A stretch of DNA of 64,000 nucleotides from IMG/VR virus record IMGVR_UViG_3300023109_000008; one strand, written 5' to 3'. This DNA comes from an uncultured virus (IMG/VR IMGVR_UViG_3300023109_000008) (lineage: Duplodnaviria > Heunggongvirae > Uroviricota > Caudoviricetes). This document shows, in pieces, positions 9,738 through 20,191 of this stretch (position 1 is its first letter; each line of letters starts with the position of its first letter). The translations under genes were made by a program, and so were the position numbers. The notes beneath the pieces are model-generated. The model saw only the letters and a program-made list of their open reading frames with translations, ran no database searches and was not told the DNA's origin.

Positions 9738-10453
9738 TTTCTTTTTACCTCTTGCTCTATTCTCTGACTCAAATTCAACTGACGTGATCCATCTGACCTC
9801 ATCGATTGATTGGGCGGTAACATACCGAATAAGAAATATCTGGTGCCACGGTCTTCAGTTATTCCTTGTTGTTTTAAAATTAGATGACGAGGTGGCAGTT
9901 CTTTCTTAAAATCATCTATTGTGTCTTTACAGTTCACATGTCCTTCGATACCGTACATGTTATTTGATTGAAACGCAAAGTGCGTTCTTTTGTGATTCCA
10001 AGGGCATTTTTGAAGTGCCAATACATCACACATAGATTGCATATGTTCACACGATGTGTTTATAATTAACAGATCGTCGGTGTCGAATTCTCCAGACTTA
10101 TATTTTGTAACGTCCACTGTACTGTAAACACAGTTATCATAATCGTGTAGGTTTGACGCCATATGTGTTGTCTGTTCGTCAATATCAAACAAGACTACTT
10201 TCTTCACCAAAGGCGCAATTACAGGAACGATGATAGATCCATACCAAGATCCAATAACTATTACCGTTAGTTTCTCTGTTAATATACCACTTTCTAGTAT
10301 GGTTGTCAACAGTTCTTTTTTAGAAACAAACTGATTTGCAGAAACAGAGTCCCAGATATCACTTTGACGATCTGGAAACCTTTCTCCAAATTTGACTAAC
10401 GTTCGCATATAGTCAAGATCTATGGTGTTATTATATAAGTTTATTTTTTCCAT
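9734..10453 (-). CDS. Class I SAM-dependent methyltransferase-like protein
   Basis: VIGSWYG motif I, LFDID motif II, INTSCEH. Confidence 0.6.
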   Translation of the reverse strand: MEKINLYNNTIDLDYMRTLVKFGERFPDRQSDIWDSVSANQFVSKKELLTTILESGILTEKLTVIVIGSWYGSIIVPVIAPLVKKVVLFDIDEQTTHMASNLHDYDNCVYSTVDVTKYKSGEFDTDDLLIINTSCEHMQSMCDVLALQKCPWNHKRTHFAFQSNNMYGIEGHVNCKDTIDDFKKELPPRHLILKQQGITEDRGTRYFLFGMLPPNQSMRSDGSRQLNLSQRIEQEVKRK

Positions 10454-12039
10454 TTTCTAACTAACCAATTCCCTACCACAAGAATATCAAGTCCTGTTCT
10501 CTTGAATGTGGCCACTGCATTCTTCGGTGTCTCCACCACAGGTTCTTGACAATTGAAACTAGTGTTAACAAGCATAGGAACACCTGTCTCTTTATAGAAT
10601 GCATCGATAACTTTGTAGTATCTCTCATTAGTCTCTTTATCAACAGTCTGGATACGAGCGGTTCCATCGACGTGAGTGACGCCAGGGATTACCTCTTTCT
10701 TATCTTCCTTGACAGGCATGATACGTGACATGAATGGACTTGGTTGATTTGTATCGAAATAGTCTTGATAATGTTCAACCAGAACACTAGGTGCAAACGG
10801 ACGGAAGTCTTCACGCATCTTAATACGTCCATTGATAATGTCTTTGATTCTAGCATCACGTGGATCTGCAAGAATACTACGATTACCCAGTGCACGATTA
10901 CCACTCTCCGCACGTCCTTGATGCCAACCAACTGTTGCACCATTCGCAATCTCTTTTGCAACGACTAAACAGATGTCATCAAAGTCCATCTCTTCTGCAG
11001 ACAAACCTTCAAAGATCTGTGGATCGACTTCATACTCATCCCCCATATAAATTGGTGGGATATCTACCTCTCCATTGAGAACATAGTTAGCGTGCATGTA
11101 CAGACCAATAGATTGTCCCTCATCGCCAGGCGCACAAGGTACATAAACGTTATCCCAGTGTTTGGTTAACATCTCATTCATATAACCGTTGTATGCAACA
11201 CCCCCTGCAACACATAGGTTGTTAGATGTCTTCAATGGTAATACAATCTCTTCAATCTTATCTAAGGTAAACCGTTGTAGAGTATGAGCCATGTCAACTT
11301 TCCAACTATCATTCTTCATGAAGGATTCGAAGTATGGATGATCTGGCCAATACTTACCTGCCTGATTCCAGAACTCTTCAAACATAAGATTGAATATCTC
11401 ATACCAACGAATGTCGAACTTACCGTACCCCACGAGGCCCATAAGTTTACCTTCTTGAAGTACACCAAAGTCTCCAATTTTTGTCATGACATTCCACAAC
11501 CAACCCAGTGGTAGATGATCACTTAGATCAACGACTTCTTGTTTTTTAGAGTCAACGAAGATGGAACGGAACATATTACCACCGCCATCGATGATAAAGA
11601 TATCCGACTCTTCGTAACCAGAAGACAAGAACGTGTGCGCCGCATGGGCGAGGTGGTGATCAGTGTAATACACATTACCCTGTGCCTGATAGTCCCACAA
11701 GTTTTTTGGATTGAACCCAATGGTATCTTTACCAAATTCATCGAACTTCTCAATGAACCTATCCGCACCGTACAGTCTCAGACCATTCAGTGTGTGGTTC
11801 ATTGCGAGGATAGTTTCAGAGTCAGCGTTTTGATCAAACAATTCATTATACATGTTTTGAAAAGGAATTTGTTGATCCAACATTTTGAGATGTTCTGGAT
11901 TCTTCTCGTTATATTTTATCCGCCAGTGACAGTGTTTACGACGATATGATACAGGGTATCTCTCGTACTGTATGTGTGTCTTTCCGTCGAATGTGTTATG
12001 ATCATGTAAGTTTAGGGGTTGGGCAAAGATCTGTGCCAT
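10441..12039 (-). CDS. Carbamoyltransferase (NodU/CmcH/TobZ family)
   Basis: HHLAHA, IDGGG, EGKLMGL, AGGVAYNG, GNRALGNRSILADP, FRPFAPS, HVDGTARIQTV, NTSFN. Confidence 0.93.
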   Translation of the reverse strand: MAQIFAQPLNLHDHNTFDGKTHIQYERYPVSYRRKHCHWRIKYNEKNPEHLKMLDQQIPFQNMYNELFDQNADSETILAMNHTLNGLRLYGADRFIEKFDEFGKDTIGFNPKNLWDYQAQGNVYYTDHHLAHAAHTFLSSGYEESDIFIIDGGGNMFRSIFVDSKKQEVVDLSDHLPLGWLWNVMTKIGDFGVLQEGKLMGLVGYGKFDIRWYEIFNLMFEEFWNQAGKYWPDHPYFESFMKNDSWKVDMAHTLQRFTLDKIEEIVLPLKTSNNLCVAGGVAYNGYMNEMLTKHWDNVYVPCAPGDEGQSIGLYMHANYVLNGEVDIPPIYMGDEYEVDPQIFEGLSAEEMDFDDICLVVAKEIANGATVGWHQGRAESGNRALGNRSILADPRDARIKDIINGRIKMREDFRPFAPSVLVEHYQDYFDTNQPSPFMSRIMPVKEDKKEVIPGVTHVDGTARIQTVDKETNERYYKVIDAFYKETGVPMLVNTSFNCQEPVVETPKNAVATFKRTGLDILVVGNWLVRKWKK

Positions 12040-12851
12040 TACGATGTTGTCATCCTATCAAGTATTTTATCCATCATCACTGCTTCGATCTTACTACCTC
12101 TGCGAGACAGTTTCTCTGTACACATTTGACAGTACTTTTCGAATTCAAATAGATCGAAGTTCATCATCTTATCAATGTTCTCCTGTGTCACATCAAAGTG
12201 ACGAGAACCGTTGATAACTTTTTTACTACAGTGTCGGATTTTTTTCATTTCAAAATCAATTACTGGAACACGAGGGAAGAGAGAACACAAACGTCTCACC
12301 ATCTCTGGTTCCTGATCAAATGTAGAGTAAGTGGGCGATCTTGAGTTGTACTCTTTAAACAAGGTATTCTTGTGATGCAGTTCCATGAGTCCATGCTTCT
12401 TCTTATACAATTCGAAGTTAGGAGTCATGATAATCACATTGTAATTATTATTTTCGTTTTCCTCTAGGAAGTCATAGTTGCCCAACTTCTCAATACGATC
12501 TTCATAGAAGTCCAATACCAAATGTTCCACATAGTGGACGGCTGGATCTTCTAAGATGTGAGGGTAAAATTTTCTAATCAAACTGTTAGACAATACAACT
12601 GGTGTGAGATTAGGATACTTCTTAATCTCTGCAATCATCTCATCTAAGTTGTTTGTAAGTGCAGGTTCTCCACCAAGAAGATTGATTCTTGCTTTGTATG
12701 GTGATAACCATTTAAGAAGAGGGGCTGCGAACTCCATGTCAATGTCGAGATTTCTCATCTCAGTTGTCCATGCAGTACAATAATGGCAAGATTTGTTACA
12801 CGACTTTGTCAAATAGAAGTCGATACCAAATCCAAATTTTTCTGAACTCAT
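12039..12851 (-). CDS. Radical SAM protein
   Basis: CNKSCHYC (CxxxCxxC), LLGGEP, C-terminal Cys cluster. Confidence 0.85.
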   Translation of the reverse strand: MSSEKFGFGIDFYLTKSCNKSCHYCTAWTTEMRNLDIDMEFAAPLLKWLSPYKARINLLGGEPALTNNLDEMIAEIKKYPNLTPVVLSNSLIRKFYPHILEDPAVHYVEHLVLDFYEDRIEKLGNYDFLEENENNNYNVIIMTPNFELYKKKHGLMELHHKNTLFKEYNSRSPTYSTFDQEPEMVRRLCSLFPRVPVIDFEMKKIRHCSKKVINGSRHFDVTQENIDKMMNFDLFEFEKYCQMCTEKLSRRGSKIEAVMMDKILDRMTTS

Positions 12852-12852
12852 A

Positions 12853-13959
12853 CTATAATATTCCCACGATTGATTCTATAACAGTATTTATCTCATCGTC
12901 TGTAAGGAAAGGATGGATAGGTAGTGACATTATCGTCTGTGATGCGGTCTTGGAATTAGGCGTGTCATCTTTACGAAAGTTTATGTTATCAAAACAACCA
13001 TGATCTGAAAGTGGACAACCGTAGTGAACAACTGGTTTGAACTTCCCTGTTTGTTTTATAGACTTCTTAATAAAGTCACGAGTCTCCCGATCCTCAAAAC
13101 GTACAACGTACTTGTGGTAGTTGTGTTGGAGAACAGAACGAGGTTTTTGTTTCTGTATTTCTATCGGCATCTTTTTGAATGCAGCGTCATATAGTTTTGC
13201 AATCTCTTGACGTTTACTCTGCCATACCGTCATGAACTTAAGACGATGGGCAATAACCTCTGCGTTTGGTACATACAGTTTGGAGTTTACACCGTGTTCA
13301 GTATCAAATGACTCACCGACTTTACCGTGTCTACGTAGAGACATAACGGCATTTGCCTGATCTTTATCATTTGTCAAGAACATTCCACCGCCTGCGATAC
13401 CTGCGATAACTTTATTTGAATTGAAACTGAATACACTACAGTCACCGATATTGCCTGCTTTACGACCATCCAAAGATGAACCAACAGACTGCGCTGCATC
13501 TTCTACAAAGAGAATACCTTTGTCTCTACACCATTCCTCAACTTCACGAGTGTCTGACATTGAACCAAACAAATGTGTCCAGATCAGTGCTTTGGTTTTT
13601 GGAGAAACCATACGTTTCACAGATTCAAAAGATAGGTGATAAGTATCCAAATCGATGTCACAGAACACAGGCGTTGCACCACAACGTGTTACGCAAGTAC
13701 CAGAAGATATCCATGAGAAGTTAGTTACAATAACTTCATCACCCTGTCCAATACCTTTTGACACGAGTGCAAAGTATAACGCATCAGTTGCATTGGCAAC
13801 ACCTACCGCATAGTAACGCCCAGTGAACATCTCAATGTTCTGTTCCAAAAACTCAACACTACCATCATATGGTTTTTGCATTGCTTTATCAAGTAGACCG
13901 TAGTATGCGACTTCATTGGCTTTCCACTCACGATCCCATGCATCATATGAGATACTCAT
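12853..13959 (-). CDS. DegT/DnrJ/EryC1/StrS family PLP aminotransferase
   Basis: NATDAL, GATPVFCDID, EDAAQS, SFNSNK (PLP Lys), SLPIHP. Confidence 0.92.
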   Translation of the reverse strand: MSISYDAWDREWKANEVAYYGLLDKAMQKPYDGSVEFLEQNIEMFTGRYYAVGVANATDALYFALVSKGIGQGDEVIVTNFSWISSGTCVTRCGATPVFCDIDLDTYHLSFESVKRMVSPKTKALIWTHLFGSMSDTREVEEWCRDKGILFVEDAAQSVGSSLDGRKAGNIGDCSVFSFNSNKVIAGIAGGGMFLTNDKDQANAVMSLRRHGKVGESFDTEHGVNSKLYVPNAEVIAHRLKFMTVWQSKRQEIAKLYDAAFKKMPIEIQKQKPRSVLQHNYHKYVVRFEDRETRDFIKKSIKQTGKFKPVVHYGCPLSDHGCFDNINFRKDDTPNSKTASQTIMSLPIHPFLTDDEINTVIESIVGIL

Positions 13960-13962
13960 TTT

Positions 13963-14838
13963 TTACTTCCTCTTCAATATATCAATGGCGTTAAACACCG
14001 CTGTAAGATCTGGTTCTTTCAGATCACGTTTATAATAGACACTACCACCGTCTACCATAGACGGATCTCTTGCGTAGATCAGTTCCTTGCCATAGTACTT
14101 GCATTCTTGCAAAAGCCTTGGCGCTGGATCAAATGCAGTCTTGGTGTAAACATACTTCTCGAACAGACCACACAGGTTGTCAACTGGAACGTAGATGTGT
14201 TTCAAATCATGTCTGAATACTTCTAGTCCCTTTTGATTCTCATATACAATCACTGCTGGATCTGCATAATTTTCATACTGTCCAATAACCGTATCATAGT
14301 ATTCTCTGTTCGTACCAAGGAACAAGTGCTCACAAACTGGTTCGTGGACAATGTCTTTGTACAGAGAAAAGTTAATACGCTTCTCAAAATTTTCACCAAC
14401 ACCATCATTATACACTTCTTTATCACAAATGTCAACAACATAATTTGCATTAAAATACATTAATGCAGCCTGATATGCTTGTTCTGGATGGTTGGTGGAG
14501 TAAGTCGAGATCAATTTGTTGCACAACTCACTGAGTATGAACCATTGTTTCTCTGTGTACTTGTTGCGATTGTGGTACGGCAGGGTGACCATTGACCTGT
14601 TCAAAATGAAACATCCATCGTGATCCCAAACGGTCACAATTTCGTCATCGAACATGACATGATCATAGACCCGATACTTATTGTTTATCGCATCTATGTA
14701 ATCTTGTTTAGTAAAACCTTCGGAAGGGAAAAAGAGACACTTTGTCTCCATTCCCGCTTCGTTTAATTTATGTGTATATTCATAACTATAATGAAGCAAA
14801 CCATCAGAAGGTTTGCTTGTACAAAGGACATATAACAT
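13963..14838 (-). CDS. Hypothetical protein, possibly GT-B glycosyltransferase-like
   Basis: Coupled ORF; DPAPRLLQECKYYGK weakly resembles the GT-B nucleotide-binding helix. Confidence 0.4.
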   Translation of the reverse strand: MLYVLCTSKPSDGLLHYSYEYTHKLNEAGMETKCLFFPSEGFTKQDYIDAINNKYRVYDHVMFDDEIVTVWDHDGCFILNRSMVTLPYHNRNKYTEKQWFILSELCNKLISTYSTNHPEQAYQAALMYFNANYVVDICDKEVYNDGVGENFEKRINFSLYKDIVHEPVCEHLFLGTNREYYDTVIGQYENYADPAVIVYENQKGLEVFRHDLKHIYVPVDNLCGLFEKYVYTKTAFDPAPRLLQECKYYGKELIYARDPSMVDGGSVYYKRDLKEPDLTAVFNAIDILKRK

Positions 14839-15659
14839 TAGGCTGCGACTAGTTCTTCTTCTTTATCCCAGTACTGTTCATCTGCCTCAAGGATACCCTT
14901 CTGTCCTGTGACAACAACGACGAGGTGAACTCTGTCCACATCACTATCGTTCTTGACCCAGTGTTCGTAACCTTGATTTAGGAACCACACACTTCCATCT
15001 GCAGGCAGATGCATTTCATATGTGCGTTTTTTACCCTTAGTACCAATCACTGCATTCTCATGTGTGATCAGTGGAATATGAATACGAACCGCTTTGTCTG
15101 TGTTAATGTCTAGGTGAGGTTTGATTTCCTCTCCTGCTTTAAGAACAGCGTAACGTGTACGTGCAACGTGACCGATATTCTCTTCGATCATGTTAAGTAC
15201 TTCGTCTACGTATCCTTTACAGAACTCGTTGCGTTTGTCGTATAGTTTCTCGTCGGCAATAGGTGTATAGTTTGGATGAGAAGGATCACTGATCTTCTCC
15301 ATACGTCTCGCAAACTGTTGAGGTGATAGATTAGTACCCTCCAACTGTTGTGCAAGGTTTTTGTTATGTTTCTCTGGATCACCATTGAACTCTGTGAGAC
15401 ACAACATCTTATATGCTTCACCACCGTCTGCGACGAGTTTATCTTTTCTTGCTTCCTTCTCTTCATCAGTAAGGAAGTATTCTAAAAGGACACGACGAAC
15501 AACAAGACCATCTTCTGTGTTATTACCATAACTCAGTCCATTATACATGTCAAAGTTATCGTAACCAAACTCATAAAACTCTTTGAGTAGTTTATCGATA
15601 TCCACTTTAAAATTTAGTTTTGCCATCAAAGGCAAATGTTGTCTTTTTTTCATTTCCAT
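14838..15659 (-). CDS. Aspartyl/asparaginyl beta-hydroxylase-like 2OG-Fe(II) oxygenase
   Basis: PHLD...RIHIPLIT...EHWVKN...RVHLV. Confidence 0.8.
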   Translation of the reverse strand: MEMKKRQHLPLMAKLNFKVDIDKLLKEFYEFGYDNFDMYNGLSYGNNTEDGLVVRRVLLEYFLTDEEKEARKDKLVADGGEAYKMLCLTEFNGDPEKHNKNLAQQLEGTNLSPQQFARRMEKISDPSHPNYTPIADEKLYDKRNEFCKGYVDEVLNMIEENIGHVARTRYAVLKAGEEIKPHLDINTDKAVRIHIPLITHENAVIGTKGKKRTYEMHLPADGSVWFLNQGYEHWVKNDSDVDRVHLVVVVTGQKGILEADEQYWDKEEELVAA

Positions 15660-15670
15660 GTGTTTACCCT

Positions 15671-16549
15671 TTATTTAAGGCCACCATTCATTTCTGGCCA
15701 TACGATGCTATTTATTCTTCGGTTAAATCGTTCAGGATCTTTCATAATATTTTCGTAATCTTTTTCGATTCTTTTAGGTACGATTTTATCAATATTAGAA
15801 GGTTGATTCTTGTTCCACGCATCAGACAAGAACATATGATTTATATAACTGTGTCGAGTCTTCTCATCTATGATATCCTCATAGTAAAGAACCTGATAGT
15901 CGATGTGGTTTGCATCTAACATATCTGGCAACCCATAGATGTTGTATAACTCTTCAAAGAAGATACCGACATGATCCCAACTGTGATTGGAAATCTGAAT
16001 CTTATCTTTTCTGTTCATCAGTCTTTCCACAAACTGCCAGTCCACATTTCTACCACTCATGTGTTTCTGGTGTTCGTACCAGATAGCGTAACTCTTCAGA
16101 TGATCCAATACACTTCTACGAAGGGTGATAATCCAAGTTCTATCTTTATAGAGTTCCATACATTCTTCTAAGACATATGTGATAGAGGAAGTTGCCTTCA
16201 CATTAAACTCTATACCATCTTCCTTCAACTGTCTCAACACATTTACCTTATGCATTGCACGATCTTTTTTCGATCTGAATAACCAAGGGAATACTTGTTG
16301 GACAGTGATGTCATCCCCTTTTCTAACGAGTTGTAACTCAGTGTTGACTTCTTCCGCCGATTTCTTTGTGTGGAAACTGTAGTCAGTACTATAGTCTAAA
16401 AAGAAATCGTTGAAGGGCAGGTTATCTCCAGTGTGACCACTCTTGAGATTATATTTCTGTTCTACGTGTTTTTTCATCTCTTGAAAAAGAACAGTTCCAC
16501 ATGTTCTCTCTGGACAAACAAAGAAAGGTGCAGATCTTAGTTTAGGCAT
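15671..16549 (-). CDS. Sulfotransferase-like protein
   Basis: N-terminal PERTCGT (5'-PSB-like), LRRSVLDHLKS (3'-PB-like), YYED. Confidence 0.5.
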   Translation of the reverse strand: MPKLRSAPFFVCPERTCGTVLFQEMKKHVEQKYNLKSGHTGDNLPFNDFFLDYSTDYSFHTKKSAEEVNTELQLVRKGDDITVQQVFPWLFRSKKDRAMHKVNVLRQLKEDGIEFNVKATSSITYVLEECMELYKDRTWIITLRRSVLDHLKSYAIWYEHQKHMSGRNVDWQFVERLMNRKDKIQISNHSWDHVGIFFEELYNIYGLPDMLDANHIDYQVLYYEDIIDEKTRHSYINHMFLSDAWNKNQPSNIDKIVPKRIEKDYENIMKDPERFNRRINSIVWPEMNGGLK

Positions 16550-17102
16550 GGTGTGTCAGTTCCTTAATATTATATTCATTCTCTATCATAAATTGTATTG
16601 TTCTTGCAATCACTTTGGGATCCATACATCGAGTCAAGACTTCTTTCTGTTTTTCTTCAGACCAACCGTCCATGTGTTTCCTTGACGTAGGGGTGTCTAC
16701 AAACCCAACGTTGTACATCATACTACGACAGGTGTCATCGTTTGCAGCGATCCAAAAACTGTACGTCTCTAATGCTTTCTTATCTACGTTGTAGTTGAGA
16801 GAAGAAAAGGGACGACCAGATAAATGGTCTTTGTGCCAACTACCGATATTGATAATGGTCTTTTTCTTTTTCTGCCACCCATTATATACGTTCTTCAAGA
16901 GTTTAACTTGTCCGTCTGAATGATATGCATTGTTAATCAGAACGTCAAACTTATCCTTGATATAGTTCGCAGTTGTTTCCTTAGTGATATCCCAATTGTT
17001 AGATCTACTACCACCTTCTACATGATACCCTTGACTATCTAAATGATCGTAAATAGCCTTACCAATACCACTTGTATGACCAGTAACAAATATGTTATAC
17101 AA
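16542..17102 (-). CDS. Short-chain dehydrogenase/reductase
   Basis: VTGHTSGIG, INNA, INIGS, YNVDK (YxxxK). Confidence 0.85.
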   Translation of the reverse strand: MYNIFVTGHTSGIGKAIYDHLDSQGYHVEGGSRSNNWDITKETTANYIKDKFDVLINNAYHSDGQVKLLKNVYNGWQKKKKTIINIGSWHKDHLSGRPFSSLNYNVDKKALETYSFWIAANDDTCRSMMYNVGFVDTPTSRKHMDGWSEEKQKEVLTRCMDPKVIARTIQFMIENEYNIKELTHHA

Positions 17103-17892
17103 TTGAGAAAAACCTTTTAATTACAAATCCTGTCAAGTCCAGTTCATACCATCTTTCCTGATAGTTGTATTTTGCAGGGTTTGCATGGTGATTGTTATGG
17201 AGTGTCTCCCCCAGTGCAAACGTGATGATATTTACAAAGATGCTATTCAAACTCTTATCCTTCGTCTCGTGGTTACGGTATCCAAAGAAAACAGGTATAC
17301 CATGCCCAAATGTATTCTGAAGCCCAAAGGTGAACCTGATCATGAACACAGGCAGCAAATAAGCATTTATCAAAAGCGTTGGCTCTATTATACCAAGAAT
17401 CAAAACGTATGTCAAGATAATAATCCAGTACCACTCATGAAAAAATTTCACTGCGGGGTCTCTCATCTCCCTTGCAATGTTTTTAGGACTGATGCCTTTG
17501 TAACTGTTGATGTCTTGAATAGAGAAGAAGGATTTCCAGAACCCCACGAAGGTAGGTGATATCGGATCGTCCTCTGTGTCAGTAAAGACGTGGTGTGCAC
17601 GATGGTATTGTACCCAGAATGGAATAGATCCCTGTGTGGACAATGTCGTTACAAGACCAAGGAACCAGTGTCTCAACTTTCCAGTCTTAAACGATTTGTG
17701 TCCAAAGTATCGGTGTAACCCTGCAGACGAACCCAACATAGTAATGAAGAATACACCAACAAGAAATGCAGTCAGACTAAACGTCGAAGGATAGACCAAG
17801 ACAAACGGAACGGAAGCCCAACTAAGATATTGGACTCCCCTCAGTAATTTTATGTTATGAAAAGATTTAACCTGCGCCAAAATGGTTCTCAT
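17095..17892 (-). CDS. Membrane fatty acid desaturase (delta-9-like)
   Basis: His boxes HRYFGH, HRAHH, HNNHH; hydrophobic segments. Confidence 0.9.
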   Translation of the reverse strand: MRTILAQVKSFHNIKLLRGVQYLSWASVPFVLVYPSTFSLTAFLVGVFFITMLGSSAGLHRYFGHKSFKTGKLRHWFLGLVTTLSTQGSIPFWVQYHRAHHVFTDTEDDPISPTFVGFWKSFFSIQDINSYKGISPKNIAREMRDPAVKFFHEWYWIIILTYVLILGIIEPTLLINAYLLPVFMIRFTFGLQNTFGHGIPVFFGYRNHETKDKSLNSIFVNIITFALGETLHNNHHANPAKYNYQERWYELDLTGFVIKRFFSIV

Positions 17893-18901
17893 TGAATTCT
17901 TTTAACTCCGCTAGACGTTCTGTATATATTTTTGCGTGTTCTTCTTGGAAGTAGGGATTGTAGTTTTCAATCTCAATATTCTCATAACCGTGTTGGACTC
18001 GTAGTCCAAGTCTGTCTTTCACTTCACCAAGTCTACGGTGATTAGTGATACTGTTGTCAAAGAACAACCAATCGTTATCATTCTCGTACCAGTGATCCCA
18101 TGCGTGACGCATCAACTCATCGTTGATCGTCTCAAAAAACTTATCACTTTCTGCCTGTGACATACCGACAATACCGTCTACAGTATTGATAGAGTAATGC
18201 ATACCACGAATACCGCCAGGCGACTGAATCACCATAGGGATGTAAGTCTCATTCTCAGGGTTCATATTAATACGCATCATTTCGTCTTGATCACCCAAGT
18301 CTTTGACGTGCAACATGCCAGGCTTGTGACGATGAATACAGATCATGTCATCCAACTCAGAACGTAAAGTCTCAGAACACTCCTCGTAGAATGTTGCAGT
18401 TTCAAGGAACCCAGTAGATGATCCCTTCATGTTCTGTACACCCAACAACGCAACGCCAGGCGCAAAGATATGATTCCCTGCCTCGTTACTGTGCCACTTC
18501 AATTCACCATCAGGGAAGATGCCTGTGTGGTCACCTTTCTTATCTTTGATGTCAGTGACTCGTTGTGTCCCTGCAGGGCCTTTTGTTTTGAAACGGTTTT
18601 TTACCAACGCACGATGATAGTCTGCAATTCTCTCATCGCCCTTTAGTGACAATGAAATGATTTCTTTTGCAGTTAGATCTGGATAGTTTGAACAGATATA
18701 ATACATCCCACTGTATCGGGACGGCCCCCATTTGTTCACATACTTCGCCGCTTCTGTTTGTTTTACATTACAGTTGCGAATAATAGTAACCAGATTTGCC
18801 ATGTGGATCTTGCCGATCTCCATCCATTGGTCATCTGTCATTTCGTCAAAGTTCACATCATCGATGTATACTGAGTAGTTACCTCTTGAACTCACTTTCA
18901 T
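17867..18901 (-). CDS. TauD/TfdA family dioxygenase
   Basis: LKWHSNE, STGFL, FFDNSITNHRR. Confidence 0.8.
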   Translation of the reverse strand: MKVSSRGNYSVYIDDVNFDEMTDDQWMEIGKIHMANLVTIIRNCNVKQTEAAKYVNKWGPSRYSGMYYICSNYPDLTAKEIISLSLKGDERIADYHRALVKNRFKTKGPAGTQRVTDIKDKKGDHTGIFPDGELKWHSNEAGNHIFAPGVALLGVQNMKGSSTGFLETATFYEECSETLRSELDDMICIHRHKPGMLHVKDLGDQDEMMRINMNPENETYIPMVIQSPGGIRGMHYSINTVDGIVGMSQAESDKFFETINDELMRHAWDHWYENDNDWLFFDNSITNHRRLGEVKDRLGLRVQHGYENIEIENYNPYFQEEHAKIYTERLAELKEFNENHFGAG

Positions 18902-19478
18902 AATTAAAATCCTTCCTTCCATTATAAATTATATATTGCCACGATTGGTCATCTTCGATACCCATAGAACACAAGACTTCTGTGTCAGATACCTTCCAAT
19001 CTATACCTGTATACTTACTTATCTGTTTTGCAATTTTTTGTGAACGACGACCTCTAGACTTGTCATTACGTCCAACAAAGAAGTCATTGTGTCCTAGTTC
19101 TTGACAAACTTTCAGTTGTTGTATTATATGATCCATCGTATCTAGTCTCATTCCATCTGTACCCTTTCCAAAGTTCAGATGCGCCCATTCTGGATCTATA
19201 CAATATCGTGTACAAAGTCTTATGACACCATTGTATAGAGGGCGTGTCCATGCAAGAGAACCTAATACAGGTTGTTCGTTTACTGTCGTAACTGAATACG
19301 CCAGTGTTCGTTTTTTTAAAGTCTTGTCTACCACGTAGTTGTGGGATCTTCTTTTGTAATCATTCAACGAACCAACCTTGTCAAACAGGTATTCGATTTC
19401 TGGACTTGGTTCGGTAGTTGTAAAAGTGTGAGAGGGTAGATCAAGTTTTTTGTGCAGGGATAATTTCGAATAACTCAT
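18879..19478 (-). CDS. Hypothetical protein (possible GNAT-like fold)
   Basis: Coupled ORF, 199 aa; RLCTRYCIDP only weakly suggestive. Confidence 0.4.
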   Translation of the reverse strand: MSYSKLSLHKKLDLPSHTFTTTEPSPEIEYLFDKVGSLNDYKRRSHNYVVDKTLKKRTLAYSVTTVNEQPVLGSLAWTRPLYNGVIRLCTRYCIDPEWAHLNFGKGTDGMRLDTMDHIIQQLKVCQELGHNDFFVGRNDKSRGRRSQKIAKQISKYTGIDWKVSDTEVLCSMGIEDDQSWQYIIYNGRKDFNYESEFKR

Positions 19479-20191
19479 AGTGTAAACTTATTACTCCTAT
19501 GTAATAGGTTTCTCCTCGACCTTTTGAGTGTCTGTTGATCAGCAATCCCTGTCTCTATCTTTATCTTCTCTTTACGCATGGGAACGATCTGACAAAGAGG
19601 CGTTCCAGCGGGAATCGTTACACGACCTTCTGGAGTGTGCCAGAAAATATGAATATTAAATTCTGACTGGAACCCTTCACAAGAACCTGCACATGCAGTG
19701 AACTGAGGGTTGTCATCATATGCAACTGGTAATATTCTCAACTCATATCCATTTGGAATGTCGAAACAATACGGAATATGAATCTTAAATATGTGATTGT
19801 GATTGCGCCCTGTGGGAACTTTCATTGGGCCTTTTCGTGTATCGAATACTTCGATGGGACGATGTTTATATTCAATTCTTTTGAGAAAGTCTTTCATCGC
19901 ATTTGGATAAAATATTTCATATCCGTCACTTTTTGTTTCAATAGTGAAATCATGCCACGTCTGTGCAATCCATCCCTCTTCCATAATATTACGGATGCCA
20001 GGACATTTGACTGCAGAGATAACGGATGCACGTCCATCAGTAACCTTACGGTACTTTTGAAATGCACTAGCGCAGTTCTTTACCCAGCTGCGTTTATATT
20101 GTTTCGCAGGGTAGATAGGATACTCTTCTGTGATGATAGGTTCTTCGGAATAGAACTTAACAGAAGGTTTAGTGAGGAATGGTATATTCAT
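19475..20191 (-). CDS. Hypothetical protein with dUTPase-like beta-fold motifs
   Basis: KCPGI...GW and IPAGTPLCQIVP motifs. Confidence 0.5.
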   Translation of the reverse strand: MNIPFLTKPSVKFYSEEPIITEEYPIYPAKQYKRSWVKNCASAFQKYRKVTDGRASVISAVKCPGIRNIMEEGWIAQTWHDFTIETKSDGYEIFYPNAMKDFLKRIEYKHRPIEVFDTRKGPMKVPTGRNHNHIFKIHIPYCFDIPNGYELRILPVAYDDNPQFTACAGSCEGFQSEFNIHIFWHTPEGRVTIPAGTPLCQIVPMRKEKIKIETGIADQQTLKRSRRNLLHRSNKFTL